Assembly (NCBI GenBank): GCA_002753735.1 | Contig: PEAN01000010.1 | Span: forward strand, 6,937 to 70,936 | Origin: Magnetococcales bacterium DCbin4 | GTDB taxonomy: Bacteria > Pseudomonadota > Magnetococcia > Magnetococcales > UBA8363 | Direction of reading: 5' to 3' | Length of the DNA stretch: 64,000 nucleotides | Shown here: in pieces, positions 56,483-64,000 of the stretch | How the letters are laid out: every line of letters begins with the position of its first letter | How positions within the stretch are numbered: the first letter of the stretch is position 1 | Program-made: the position numbers and the translations under genes | Notes under the pieces: model-generated | The model's input: the letters and a program-made list of their open reading frames with translations, nothing else | Told to the model about the DNA's origin: nothing | Databases searched by the model: none

Positions 56483-59400
56483 ATGACAATCCCGATCATG
56501 ACCAAACGTTACCTTGGCGCCATACTCCCCTGGGTGATTCTGCTCACCGGCTTTGCGATCACCGGCCTGCTGCATCACATGGCCCAAAACCATGCCTACA
56601 ACGTATTGCAGGACAATTTTCAGTCCCAGACCCGGGAGATCACCGCGCGGATCAAACAACGGATGATCTCTTATGAGCAGGTTTTATGGGGGATCAAAGG
56701 GTTGTTTGCCGCCTCGGAACAGGTCACCCGCACCGAATTTCACCGCTTTGTGGAAGCACTCCAGTTACCCCTCCAATTCCCGGGGATCCAGGCGGTCGGT
56801 TTTACACGGATCATCCCGCCCCGGGATAAAGAAAAACATATCCAGGAACTCAGAAATGAAGGTTTTCCCCAGTATACCCTCCACCCGGAGGGAGAACGGT
56901 CGATTTATTCCGCCATCACTTATGTGGAACCGTTTTCCGGTCGCAACCTGAAGGCTTTCGGGTTCGACATGTATTCCGAAGCGATCCGCCGCGTCGCCAT
57001 GGAGCGTGCCCGCGATTCAGACCAGGCCGTCATCTCGGGCAAGGTCACCCTGGTGCAGGAAGACCAGCAACAAATTCAGTCCGGATTTTTAATGTATGTC
57101 CCGATCTATGCCAATGGCCCCCCACACACAACCCTCGAAGAGCGCCGGACCCATCTGATCGGCTGGAGTTATGCCGCGTTTCGCATGAACGACCTCATGA
57201 ACGGAATTCTCGGCCATTTGTATGACCATTTCGATCTGGAAATTTACGATCAACCCAACCCGACCCCCGATTCGGTGATGTTCGACGCCGATGGATGGTT
57301 ATCCTTGAATCCCCGGGAGGGGAAATCAACGTTGTTCCAAAGCATGGAGCGTTTGGACCTCGCCAGACATACCTGGAGCATCATCATCCACTCGCTGCCG
57401 ACCCTCGAGGAGCAACTTGACCGGCAACGCCCAAGGATTGTCATGATGTCGGGTCTCCTGACCAGCGTATTGCTGTCACTGCTGGTCTGGTCGTTGGCGA
57501 CAGGTCGAATTCGCGCCCTCAAACTGGCGCACAGGATGACCCATGAACTGCAACAAAGCGAACATCGTTGGAAATTCGCCATCGAAGGGGCGGGCGATGG
57601 ACTCTGGGATTGGGACCTGGTCACTGGAACGGTGTTTTATTCCAAACGATGGAAGGAGATGCTCGGATTTTCGGAACACGAAATCGGGGAACGGTTGGAG
57701 GAGTGGCAACAACGGATCCATCCCGAAGATCAAAACCAGGTATTGGCAAGAATACAGGCGCACCTGAATGGCGAAAAACCGATCTACCAGAGCGAACACC
57801 GGTTTCAGTGCAAGGATGGCCAATGGAAATGGATGCTGGATCGGGGAATGGTGGTCCATTGGGATGCCCATGGCAAACCCAAACGGCTGATCGGCACCCA
57901 TTCCGACATCACCGAACGCAAACAGGCAGAAGATGTCCTGATTCTCTCACGCAAAGTATTCGACAACGTCGGCGAAGCCATCCTGATCACCAATGAAAAG
58001 GGATTGATCACTGACGTCAATCCCGCCTACGAACGGATCACCGGTTACCGCCGGGAGGAACTGTTGGGAAAAAGTCCCGGCACTGCAAAATCGGGACGGC
58101 ACGATGCCGATTTTTATCGCCACATGTGGGAGAAACTGACGCAGGAGGGACGATGGGAAGGGGAAATATGGGATCGGCGCAAGAATGGGGAACTCTTTCC
58201 CAAATGGCTTTCCATCAATGCCATCCGCAACGCCATCGGTGAACTGACCCACTATGTCGGGGTGTTTATCGACATCAGTGACCGCAAGGATGCGGAACAA
58301 AAGTTGGTGCAACTGGCCTTTTACGATCCATTGACGGGACTGCCCAACCGTTTGTTCTTCCGCGACCGCCTGACGCATGAACTGGTCCATGCCGGAAATC
58401 GAGAACACCCCATGGCCTTGATGTTTCTTGATCTGGACCGATTCAAGTGGGTCAACGACACCCTGGGTCATGCCGCCGGCGATGATTTGCTCAAGGAAGT
58501 CGCCAAACGTCTGCAAGGGTGCGTCCAGGACAACGATACGGTCGCACGTCTGGGAGGGGACGAATTCACCATCATCCTGGCCAACGGCCAGGGACCGGAA
58601 CAGGCCACCCTCGTTGCTGAACAGATCATCAATCGGGTTCGCGAACCGATGACCCTCCACGGTCAGGTCGTGCATGTAGGGGTCAGTATCGGGATTGCCG
58701 TTTATCCCGGCGACGCCAGGGAGATGGAAGATTTGATCAAATTTGCCGACATGGCGATGTATCAGGCCAAGGAAGCAGGACGCAACACCTTCCGTTTCGC
58801 CTCCAATGAATTGCATATTCGGGCCTTTGCACGTTTGGCGCTGGAAAGCGACCTGCACCAGGCACTCGACCGGCAGGAACTGGTCCCCTACTATCAACCC
58901 AAGTTTAATCTGCACGACAACCGGTTGATCGGTGCCGAAGCCCTGGTCCGTTGGATCAAACCGGATGGTCGGCTGGTGAACCCCGGTCAATTCATCCCCC
59001 TCGCCGAAGAAACGGGTTTGGTCGTTCCCATGGGTAAATTGATCCGGCAACAAGCCTGCCAATGCACCGCTCAATGGTTTGCAGACCGGGAAACTCCGTT
59101 TGTCATGGCGATCAATCTTTCCTCGCGGGAATTCCAACAACCTGATCTGTTGGCACGCATCCTGGACACATTGGATCAGACCCGCCTCTCCCCGGAACGG
59201 ATGGAGCTGGAGATCACCGAAAGCGCGGTCATGGGCAATCTGGAACAGGCCATCCATATCATGCGAGGATTGCGCGACGCCGGCATCGCCCTGGCGATGG
59301 ACGATTTCGGCACCGGTTATTCATCGTTGGGATATCTTAAAAAATTTCCCCTGAACACCCTCAAGATTGACCAATCCTTCATCCGGGATCTGCCGGGGTG

Positions 59401-59611
59401 TCATGGTGACGGGGCCATTGTGGAAGCGATCCTCTCCATGGCCCACAGCCTGAAATTGAAGGTGGTGGCGGAAGGGGTTGAAACCGTGGCGCAACTGGAA
59501 TATCTGCGGCAGAAAGGGTGTGAAGCGGTTCAGGGATATCTGCTGGGCAAACCGATGCCGGAAAAAGAGTTTGTCCCGCTTTTGGATGCATCCCCATTCA
59601 ACGTGGCCTGA
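56483..59611 (+). CDS. CHASE-PAS-PAS-GGDEF-EAL sensor protein (c-di-GMP turnover)
   Basis: N-terminal TM plus CHASE-like periplasmic domain (ITYVEPFSGRNLKAFGFDM), second TM, two PAS domains, RLGGDEF, EALVRW with DDFGTGYSSL. Confidence 0.9.
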   Translation: MTIPIMTKRYLGAILPWVILLTGFAITGLLHHMAQNHAYNVLQDNFQSQTREITARIKQRMISYEQVLWGIKGLFAASEQVTRTEFHRFVEALQLPLQFPGIQAVGFTRIIPPRDKEKHIQELRNEGFPQYTLHPEGERSIYSAITYVEPFSGRNLKAFGFDMYSEAIRRVAMERARDSDQAVISGKVTLVQEDQQQIQSGFLMYVPIYANGPPHTTLEERRTHLIGWSYAAFRMNDLMNGILGHLYDHFDLEIYDQPNPTPDSVMFDADGWLSLNPREGKSTLFQSMERLDLARHTWSIIIHSLPTLEEQLDRQRPRIVMMSGLLTSVLLSLLVWSLATGRIRALKLAHRMTHELQQSEHRWKFAIEGAGDGLWDWDLVTGTVFYSKRWKEMLGFSEHEIGERLEEWQQRIHPEDQNQVLARIQAHLNGEKPIYQSEHRFQCKDGQWKWMLDRGMVVHWDAHGKPKRLIGTHSDITERKQAEDVLILSRKVFDNVGEAILITNEKGLITDVNPAYERITGYRREELLGKSPGTAKSGRHDADFYRHMWEKLTQEGRWEGEIWDRRKNGELFPKWLSINAIRNAIGELTHYVGVFIDISDRKDAEQKLVQLAFYDPLTGLPNRLFFRDRLTHELVHAGNREHPMALMFLDLDRFKWVNDTLGHAAGDDLLKEVAKRLQGCVQDNDTVARLGGDEFTIILANGQGPEQATLVAEQIINRVREPMTLHGQVVHVGVSIGIAVYPGDAREMEDLIKFADMAMYQAKEAGRNTFRFASNELHIRAFARLALESDLHQALDRQELVPYYQPKFNLHDNRLIGAEALVRWIKPDGRLVNPGQFIPLAEETGLVVPMGKLIRQQACQCTAQWFADRETPFVMAINLSSREFQQPDLLARILDTLDQTRLSPERMELEITESAVMGNLEQAIHIMRGLRDAGIALAMDDFGTGYSSLGYLKKFPLNTLKIDQSFIRDLPGCHGDGAIVEAILSMAHSLKLKVVAEGVETVAQLEYLRQKGCEAVQGYLLGKPMPEKEFVPLLDASPFNVA

Positions 59612-59697
59612 CCCACCCCCTTGAAGCCGGGCCAGAAGAACATGGTCCATCGCCATGTCAGGATGATGCGGCGATGGACCAAATTCAAACAGATCGT

Positions 59698-59805
59698 TCA
59701 GATCTTTTCAAACGCTTCCGGCCCCTCGCCACACACCGGACATCTTTTGGGTGGGGCGTCGCCTTCATGGATGTGGTCACACACCGTGCATTTCCACTTT
59801 TTCAT
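59698..59805 (-). CDS. 35-aa rubredoxin-like zinc-ribbon mini-protein (absent from the ORF track)
   Basis: My own translation of the minus strand gives MKKWKCTVCDHIHEGDAPPKRCPVCGEGPEAFEKI. CxxC-12-CPxCG spacing as in rubredoxin and the rubrerythrin C-terminal domain. GGAG lies 6 nt upstream. Confidence 0.55.
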   Translation of the reverse strand: MKKWKCTVCDHIHEGDAPPKRCPVCGEGPEAFEKI

Positions 59806-59977
59806 GATCATCTCCGTAAAATTTAAGATCGAAGGAACCTCAATATCCGTTCACTGTACCACGAACCCCGTGGAACGGCACAACGCGGCAGCATCCAACC
59901 GCCACGATCCATGCTATTGGAGCCTATCCGCCGGCCCAAGGGAAGGGACAACGCATTTGAAATACCACAATGTTGCA

Positions 59978-60637
59978 TTATTGATCGACACCCCTCTGGC
60001 ACCCCGGTTCCCGCTCCTCGTTTAATCGGGAGGTCAAAAACGTTGTAATGACGTGGTCGAAAATCAGATGGGCATCTTCTACCGGACCATATTCCCCGCG
60101 ATGCGTTTCAACCTTGAGGACATGGTGTGCCATGTTCCCCAGTTGACCGCCATCGAATCCAACCAGAGCGATGACAATCCCCCCCCTTTCCTTGGCGAAC
60201 CGGGCCGCCTCCACCACATTGGGGCTGTTACCGCTGGCAGAAATGACCACCAGGACATCGCGTTCCTGGAACAAAAACATCATTTGAGTTGTAAAGATGT
60301 TATGGTAGCCATAATCATTGCCGGCGGCGGTAATGTAGGAAACATTATCCGTCAGACTCAACGTCCTGAACCCTTTGACCTTGGCCTTCCGGCCCACTTC
60401 CGCCAGATCCTGACAAAAATGGGAAGCGGTCGCGGCACTGCCGCCATTCCCAGCAAAGAAAATGGTGCGCCCCTCTTCTCGGGCACGAAGAAAGACCTGT
60501 CCGACCGCTTCCAACTGCGCAAGATCGACAGTTTCCAGGCATCGGTGCAGGTAGGAGGCGTATCCGGTATAAAAAGCGGCCAGACCGGGTGAACGGGCCA
60601 GGAGGTCGGAAATTGAATCGCCTGTGCAAACATCCAT
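59978..60637 (-). CDS. SIS-domain sugar-phosphate isomerase (GmhA-like)
   Basis: IFFAGNGGSAATASHFCQDL, VLVVISASGNSPNVVEA, ALVGFDGG are phosphoheptose isomerase-type motifs. Confidence 0.75.
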   Translation of the reverse strand: MDVCTGDSISDLLARSPGLAAFYTGYASYLHRCLETVDLAQLEAVGQVFLRAREEGRTIFFAGNGGSAATASHFCQDLAEVGRKAKVKGFRTLSLTDNVSYITAAGNDYGYHNIFTTQMMFLFQERDVLVVISASGNSPNVVEAARFAKERGGIVIALVGFDGGQLGNMAHHVLKVETHRGEYGPVEDAHLIFDHVITTFLTSRLNEEREPGCQRGVDQ

Positions 60638-60884
60638 ATTTTGGTTCCTTTTCCCTGAACCAGAAATGATCCCAAAACGTAATAATATATAATTTCATGA
60701 GGGTGGGGCAATGGGCTGGAACGGCGGATGGAGATCGCTCATGAACAAAATCCGTTGCGCAGGGTGAGACCGCGCTTGCAAGATCGTCAGGAACCAAAGA
60801 AAATTGGTCCGTGTTCTTTGATTTTCCGACGCACAGGAGGGTGACCGAACCCCTGATGGTCAAGCAGAGAAGGAGGTACCCCCC

Positions 60885-61754
60885 ATGAGCACGGATCACG
60901 ATCTTCAAATCCCTGAACTCCATCCCATCGAAGATCGAGATCTTGATGGCGTTTGTCGGTTTCTCCAAGCCAATCTTAATCCAAAAGTATCCCTGGAAGA
61001 ATGGATGCGGGCTTATCGTCATCCCTGGGATCCGGAAAAGCCGAACAACGGATTCATGTTACGGTATCAAGAGAGGATCGTTGGGGTGTTCATGGCCATT
61101 TACAGTCGGCAAACCATTCGGGGTCATGTGGAACCATTCTGCAATCCGAACAGTTGGGTTGTTGAACGTGATTTTCGCAAATATAGCAACCTTCTGTATC
61201 GCGCCCTGCTGGCCCAGAAAGCCTATCACTTTTTCATCACCACACCCAACCCCGTTGTCGCGAAAATTTTCAGCAGGTCAAACTTTCAATATATGCCTGA
61301 TCAAATCACGGTATTGCCCTGCGTTCCTTTGCGCTGGAGTTCAGGACGGATTATAGACAATGGCCGGGATTTTGAAAATTTTCTTGATGCCACTTCCTAT
61401 CAAATTTTTAATGATCACCGTGACATTCCCTGGTTGCATCACGTTGCGGCAGGCAGTCCGGAACATTATGTCTACATGATCTTCAAACGGGTTCGGTTAA
61501 AAAGGATGAACAGTATTCGTATTTTGCATGTCAGCAATCCAGATCATTTTTTGGATTACCGTCATCTGTTGGCAATTCATTTTTTTCGACGTTATTTTGC
61601 GATCACCATGCAGATCGACCGTCGTTTTCTCAGTCAAACGCCACTCGTTTCTCTGAACAGGCAGGACGGACAACCGAAAATGTATTTCAGCGACCATCTG
61701 GGCGCTGCTGATTTCGGCTATATTTATTCTGAATCGACAGCTCTGGATCAATGA
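60885..61754 (+). CDS. GNAT-like acyltransferase family protein (paralog-like of 27951..29045)
   Basis: GFMLRYQERIVGVFMAIYS...NSWVVERDFRKYSNLLYRAL mirrors GWLLRAEGRIVGFISCIPI...SSWYVTPEYRKNGLILFLSVL. Confidence 0.5.
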   Translation: MSTDHDLQIPELHPIEDRDLDGVCRFLQANLNPKVSLEEWMRAYRHPWDPEKPNNGFMLRYQERIVGVFMAIYSRQTIRGHVEPFCNPNSWVVERDFRKYSNLLYRALLAQKAYHFFITTPNPVVAKIFSRSNFQYMPDQITVLPCVPLRWSSGRIIDNGRDFENFLDATSYQIFNDHRDIPWLHHVAAGSPEHYVYMIFKRVRLKRMNSIRILHVSNPDHFLDYRHLLAIHFFRRYFAITMQIDRRFLSQTPLVSLNRQDGQPKMYFSDHLGAADFGYIYSESTALDQ

Positions 61755-61811
61755 CGGATCGAATGGCTTCAGTACAATCGATTTTTCCATGGGTATGGGA
61801 GGTTTGGTTTC

Positions 61812-62036
61812 ATGAATATGCAATGGACCGCTGTTTTCAAGAAAGTTTCGGAAGGATATATCGGCTTTGTCGAGGAACTTCCCGGGGCGAACACCCAGGG
61901 GGCCACCCTGGAAGAAGCCCGAACCAACCTGGAGGAGGCCATCCAAATGGTGATTGAGGCCAACAGGATGATTGCGGAAGAATCATTACAAGGGGATGGA
62001 TGGATCCGTGAATCATTCACTCTGGTCATTGCATGA
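61812..62036 (+). CDS. hicB: type II antitoxin, HicB family
   Basis: 74 aa. YIGFVEELPGANTQGATLEEARTNLEEAIQMVIE is the HicB/UPF0150 N-terminal fold signature. GGGAGG upstream. 4-nt overlap with hicA. Confidence 0.8.
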   Translation: MNMQWTAVFKKVSEGYIGFVEELPGANTQGATLEEARTNLEEAIQMVIEANRMIAEESLQGDGWIRESFTLVIA

Positions 62037-62230
62037 AACGGCGTGATTTGATTCGCCACCTTGAACGCTGTGGATGTGAATTGTTACGCGAAGGAAATCG
62101 GCATTCATTGTTCATCCATCGCACCGGAAACAAGATCTCAACCGTTCCCAGACATCGAGAAATCAACGAAAGTCTTGCCATAAAGATATGCAAAGACCTG
62201 GATATCCCAAAACCTGATTCGATTCGCTGA
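62033..62230 (+). CDS. hicA: type II toxin, HicA mRNA interferase
   Basis: MKRRDLIRHLERCGCELLREGNRHSLF...STVPRHREINESLAIKICKDLDIP is the canonical HicA sequence pattern. 65 aa. Confidence 0.88.
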   Translation: MKRRDLIRHLERCGCELLREGNRHSLFIHRTGNKISTVPRHREINESLAIKICKDLDIPKPDSIR

Positions 62231-62276
62231 ATGAAACCGCAACCAGATTGGGAATGGAGATGAACCTGAACTCCAC

Positions 62277-63659
62277 TCACCCCTTGACCGATTCATTCTG
62301 GGTGATGAAGGTGTGGTAGGGCAGGTCCAGAATATGGCGAAAGGTGATGATGACGGCCACCATGAAGGTGAGGAGGCAGGCACCGAAATAACCGAATCCA
62401 TAATAGGGAAATCCTTGATTCATGGAGATCACCGTCAGACAGGCATTGGATCCCAGGAAAAAAAGACTCACCTTCAACGCCTTGCGGCGGCAGTCGAAAT
62501 AGGACAACAAAATATTCAAAAACAGGATGGAGACGTGATAAAACGCCCCCAGAACCCCCAGGCGATACATTCCCATCTGTTTGAAATTGATGCCAAACCA
62601 TTGAAAAATACTCGGCGCCAGCAGGATGGCGAGCAAACTGACCCCTCCCTGAAGGATCAGAAAATTGCGCCCGCTCACATGGACCGCCTGGACCAGTGCC
62701 CGGTGATTGGCCTCGATGGCCTGAAAAGAAACATGTTTTTGGATATCGCGATAAAATTTTAAATAATGTTCATAAAACCGGGTCTCCATGCTCAAAACAA
62801 AGGAGGCCATGGAGGGGACGATGGACAGATAGGCCAGAAACATGGCGCTGTCATAGTTGGAATAGGAATAAAACCCACCCGCCACCGTTTCCCGCTCGGG
62901 GGCGAACCACATGATCCACTTGTCCACCCAGGCGGCCAGGTTGAAGGTCAATCCGACCAGCGCCAGATCCCAATAACGGCGAAAATGGCCCATGAATCCA
63001 AAGAAATCTTTTGCTTCATAGGGATATTCGGCAAACACCCTGGCGATGATCCCAAAAAAGATGATCGCAAGGCCGGCATTGAACCCGAAGAACATCCCCA
63101 CCACCCCCAAATCCTTGGCCAGAAACGGATTGGCCACCGCGCCCAAGGTCATCCCCATGAAAAAAACACGGATGACCATTTTGTAATCCTTCAGGGCGGT
63201 CACAAAGATGGTCACCAGCCAGACGCCATTGATCAGGAAATAATTGACGAAGGCACTGACGGCCGTCATGAATTCCAATTGGACATGGACGAAATAAAAA
63301 TAGAATGCCACGGGAAACTGTACGGCATAGACCAACATCAACCCGCCCAGAAGGGCACCCGGGGCCTTTTCCACCTCCTTGAGGAAAATCAGATCGGAGA
63401 CATATCGGGTGAGCACCATGACGATGGGGCCGGAAATCACCAGGGAAAATGAAAAATTATAAATCACGACGATGCGAAAGGTGATCTGCTGCTCGAACGT
63501 GGTGAAATAGGAACCGAGCGAAAGAATGCCGGTCAACGCAAGGATGGTGAAGAGCCACGGACCCGTTGCCACCAGGGCGGAATAACCAAACCCACTCAAC
63601 AGACCGATCAGGTTGTCCTTGGTCGTCAGATTGCGCAAGACGAAACCGATGCCCGCCAT
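62277..63659 (-). CDS. pelG: Pel exopolysaccharide biosynthesis membrane protein PelG
   Basis: MAGIGFVLRNL...LIGLLSGFGYSALVATGPWLFTILAL is the PelG N-terminus. About 12 TM helices, 460 aa. Immediately follows pelF. Confidence 0.8.
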   Translation of the reverse strand: MAGIGFVLRNLTTKDNLIGLLSGFGYSALVATGPWLFTILALTGILSLGSYFTTFEQQITFRIVVIYNFSFSLVISGPIVMVLTRYVSDLIFLKEVEKAPGALLGGLMLVYAVQFPVAFYFYFVHVQLEFMTAVSAFVNYFLINGVWLVTIFVTALKDYKMVIRVFFMGMTLGAVANPFLAKDLGVVGMFFGFNAGLAIIFFGIIARVFAEYPYEAKDFFGFMGHFRRYWDLALVGLTFNLAAWVDKWIMWFAPERETVAGGFYSYSNYDSAMFLAYLSIVPSMASFVLSMETRFYEHYLKFYRDIQKHVSFQAIEANHRALVQAVHVSGRNFLILQGGVSLLAILLAPSIFQWFGINFKQMGMYRLGVLGAFYHVSILFLNILLSYFDCRRKALKVSLFFLGSNACLTVISMNQGFPYYGFGYFGACLLTFMVAVIITFRHILDLPYHTFITQNESVKG

Positions 63660-63662
63660 GGT

Positions 63663-64000
63663 CTACCCCTGCCCCTCGGTCTCACGCTGGCACAACTCCG
63701 TATAAATTTTGCGGTAGGTTTGCGTCAGCGTTTCCTGATCATAATAGCTTTTCACCCGTTGGCGAATGGCCCGGGAACATTGCTGCCACCATGCGGGCTG
63801 GGTCAACAGACGCACCAATTCATGCGCCGTCTCCGCAGGACTGGAGACCCGGGTCACCGCCCCCGCCGGCCCCAGGGGCGGATCTTCATCGGGCATCCCC
63901 AAAATCATCTCGCGACATGCCCCGACATCGGTCGCCACCGTCGGCACCCCCGCCGCCCCCGCCTCCAGAATCACCAAAGGTTGCCCTTCACTGATGCTGG
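63663..64000 (-). CDS. pelF: GT4 glycosyltransferase PelF, C-terminal part (5' end outside window)
   Basis: Open to the window edge. ...PLVILEAGAAGVPTVATDVGACREMI... is the GT-B C-terminal EX7E region. Position upstream of pelG. Confidence 0.75.
   Translation of the reverse strand, partial: SISEGQPLVILEAGAAGVPTVATDVGACREMILGMPDEDPPLGPAGAVTRVSSPAETAHELVRLLTQPAWWQQCSRAIRQRVKSYYDQETLTQTYRKIYTELCQRETEGQG

Noticed and set aside
57947-59257. 436-aa minus-strand ORF
   Set aside because: It is antisense to the GGDEF-EAL gene, whose domains are unambiguous. Shadow ORF.

Overview
Densely coding chromosomal segment of a moderately GC-rich, Gram-negative (proteobacterium-like) genome. I call about 55 protein genes and one tRNA-Asn. 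I found no rRNA, CRISPR array, transposase or integrase. The backbone is housekeeping: nadD-rsfS-rlmH, ispB, maf, nnr, trmB, ampG, tex, gpsA, tsaD, hemCD, moeB, nadA and queG. It is interleaved with signalling genes (an MCP, a REC-PAS-PP2C regulator, a CHASE-PAS-GGDEF-EAL protein) and the 3' end of a pel exopolysaccharide operon (pelF, pelG). Five accessory items stand out. (1) A minus-strand locus at about 9.9-20.7 kb encodes an MFP and an RND pump with a roughly 266-aa acidic repeat tail. The RND stop overlaps (TGATG) the start of the first of six signal-peptide proteins, five of which have extreme W/G/N/D/R/P composition. Two of them resemble sulfur-globule envelope proteins in architecture. 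This is my best candidate for an undescribed system. (2) A three-gene overlapping operon encodes a TerB-domain protein, a DUF2791-like P-loop ATPase and a DExH helicase (47.2-53.4 kb). This is the Shango-type antiphage architecture. It sits beside a SAMHD1-like HD dNTPase and a C13G7 homopolymer tract. (3) A two-gene ABC-type ATPase plus DUF4276/TOPRIM-like cassette is inserted between rlmH and ispB. (4) A HicB-HicA toxin-antitoxin pair lies next to pelG. (5) A dispersed family of hairpin-rich intergenic repeats occurs in at least three copies. I also found a 35-aa rubredoxin-like ORF below the ORF-track cutoff and a roughly 1.8-kb stretch with no convincing intact gene. All functional calls come from motifs read by eye in the translations; no database search was possible.
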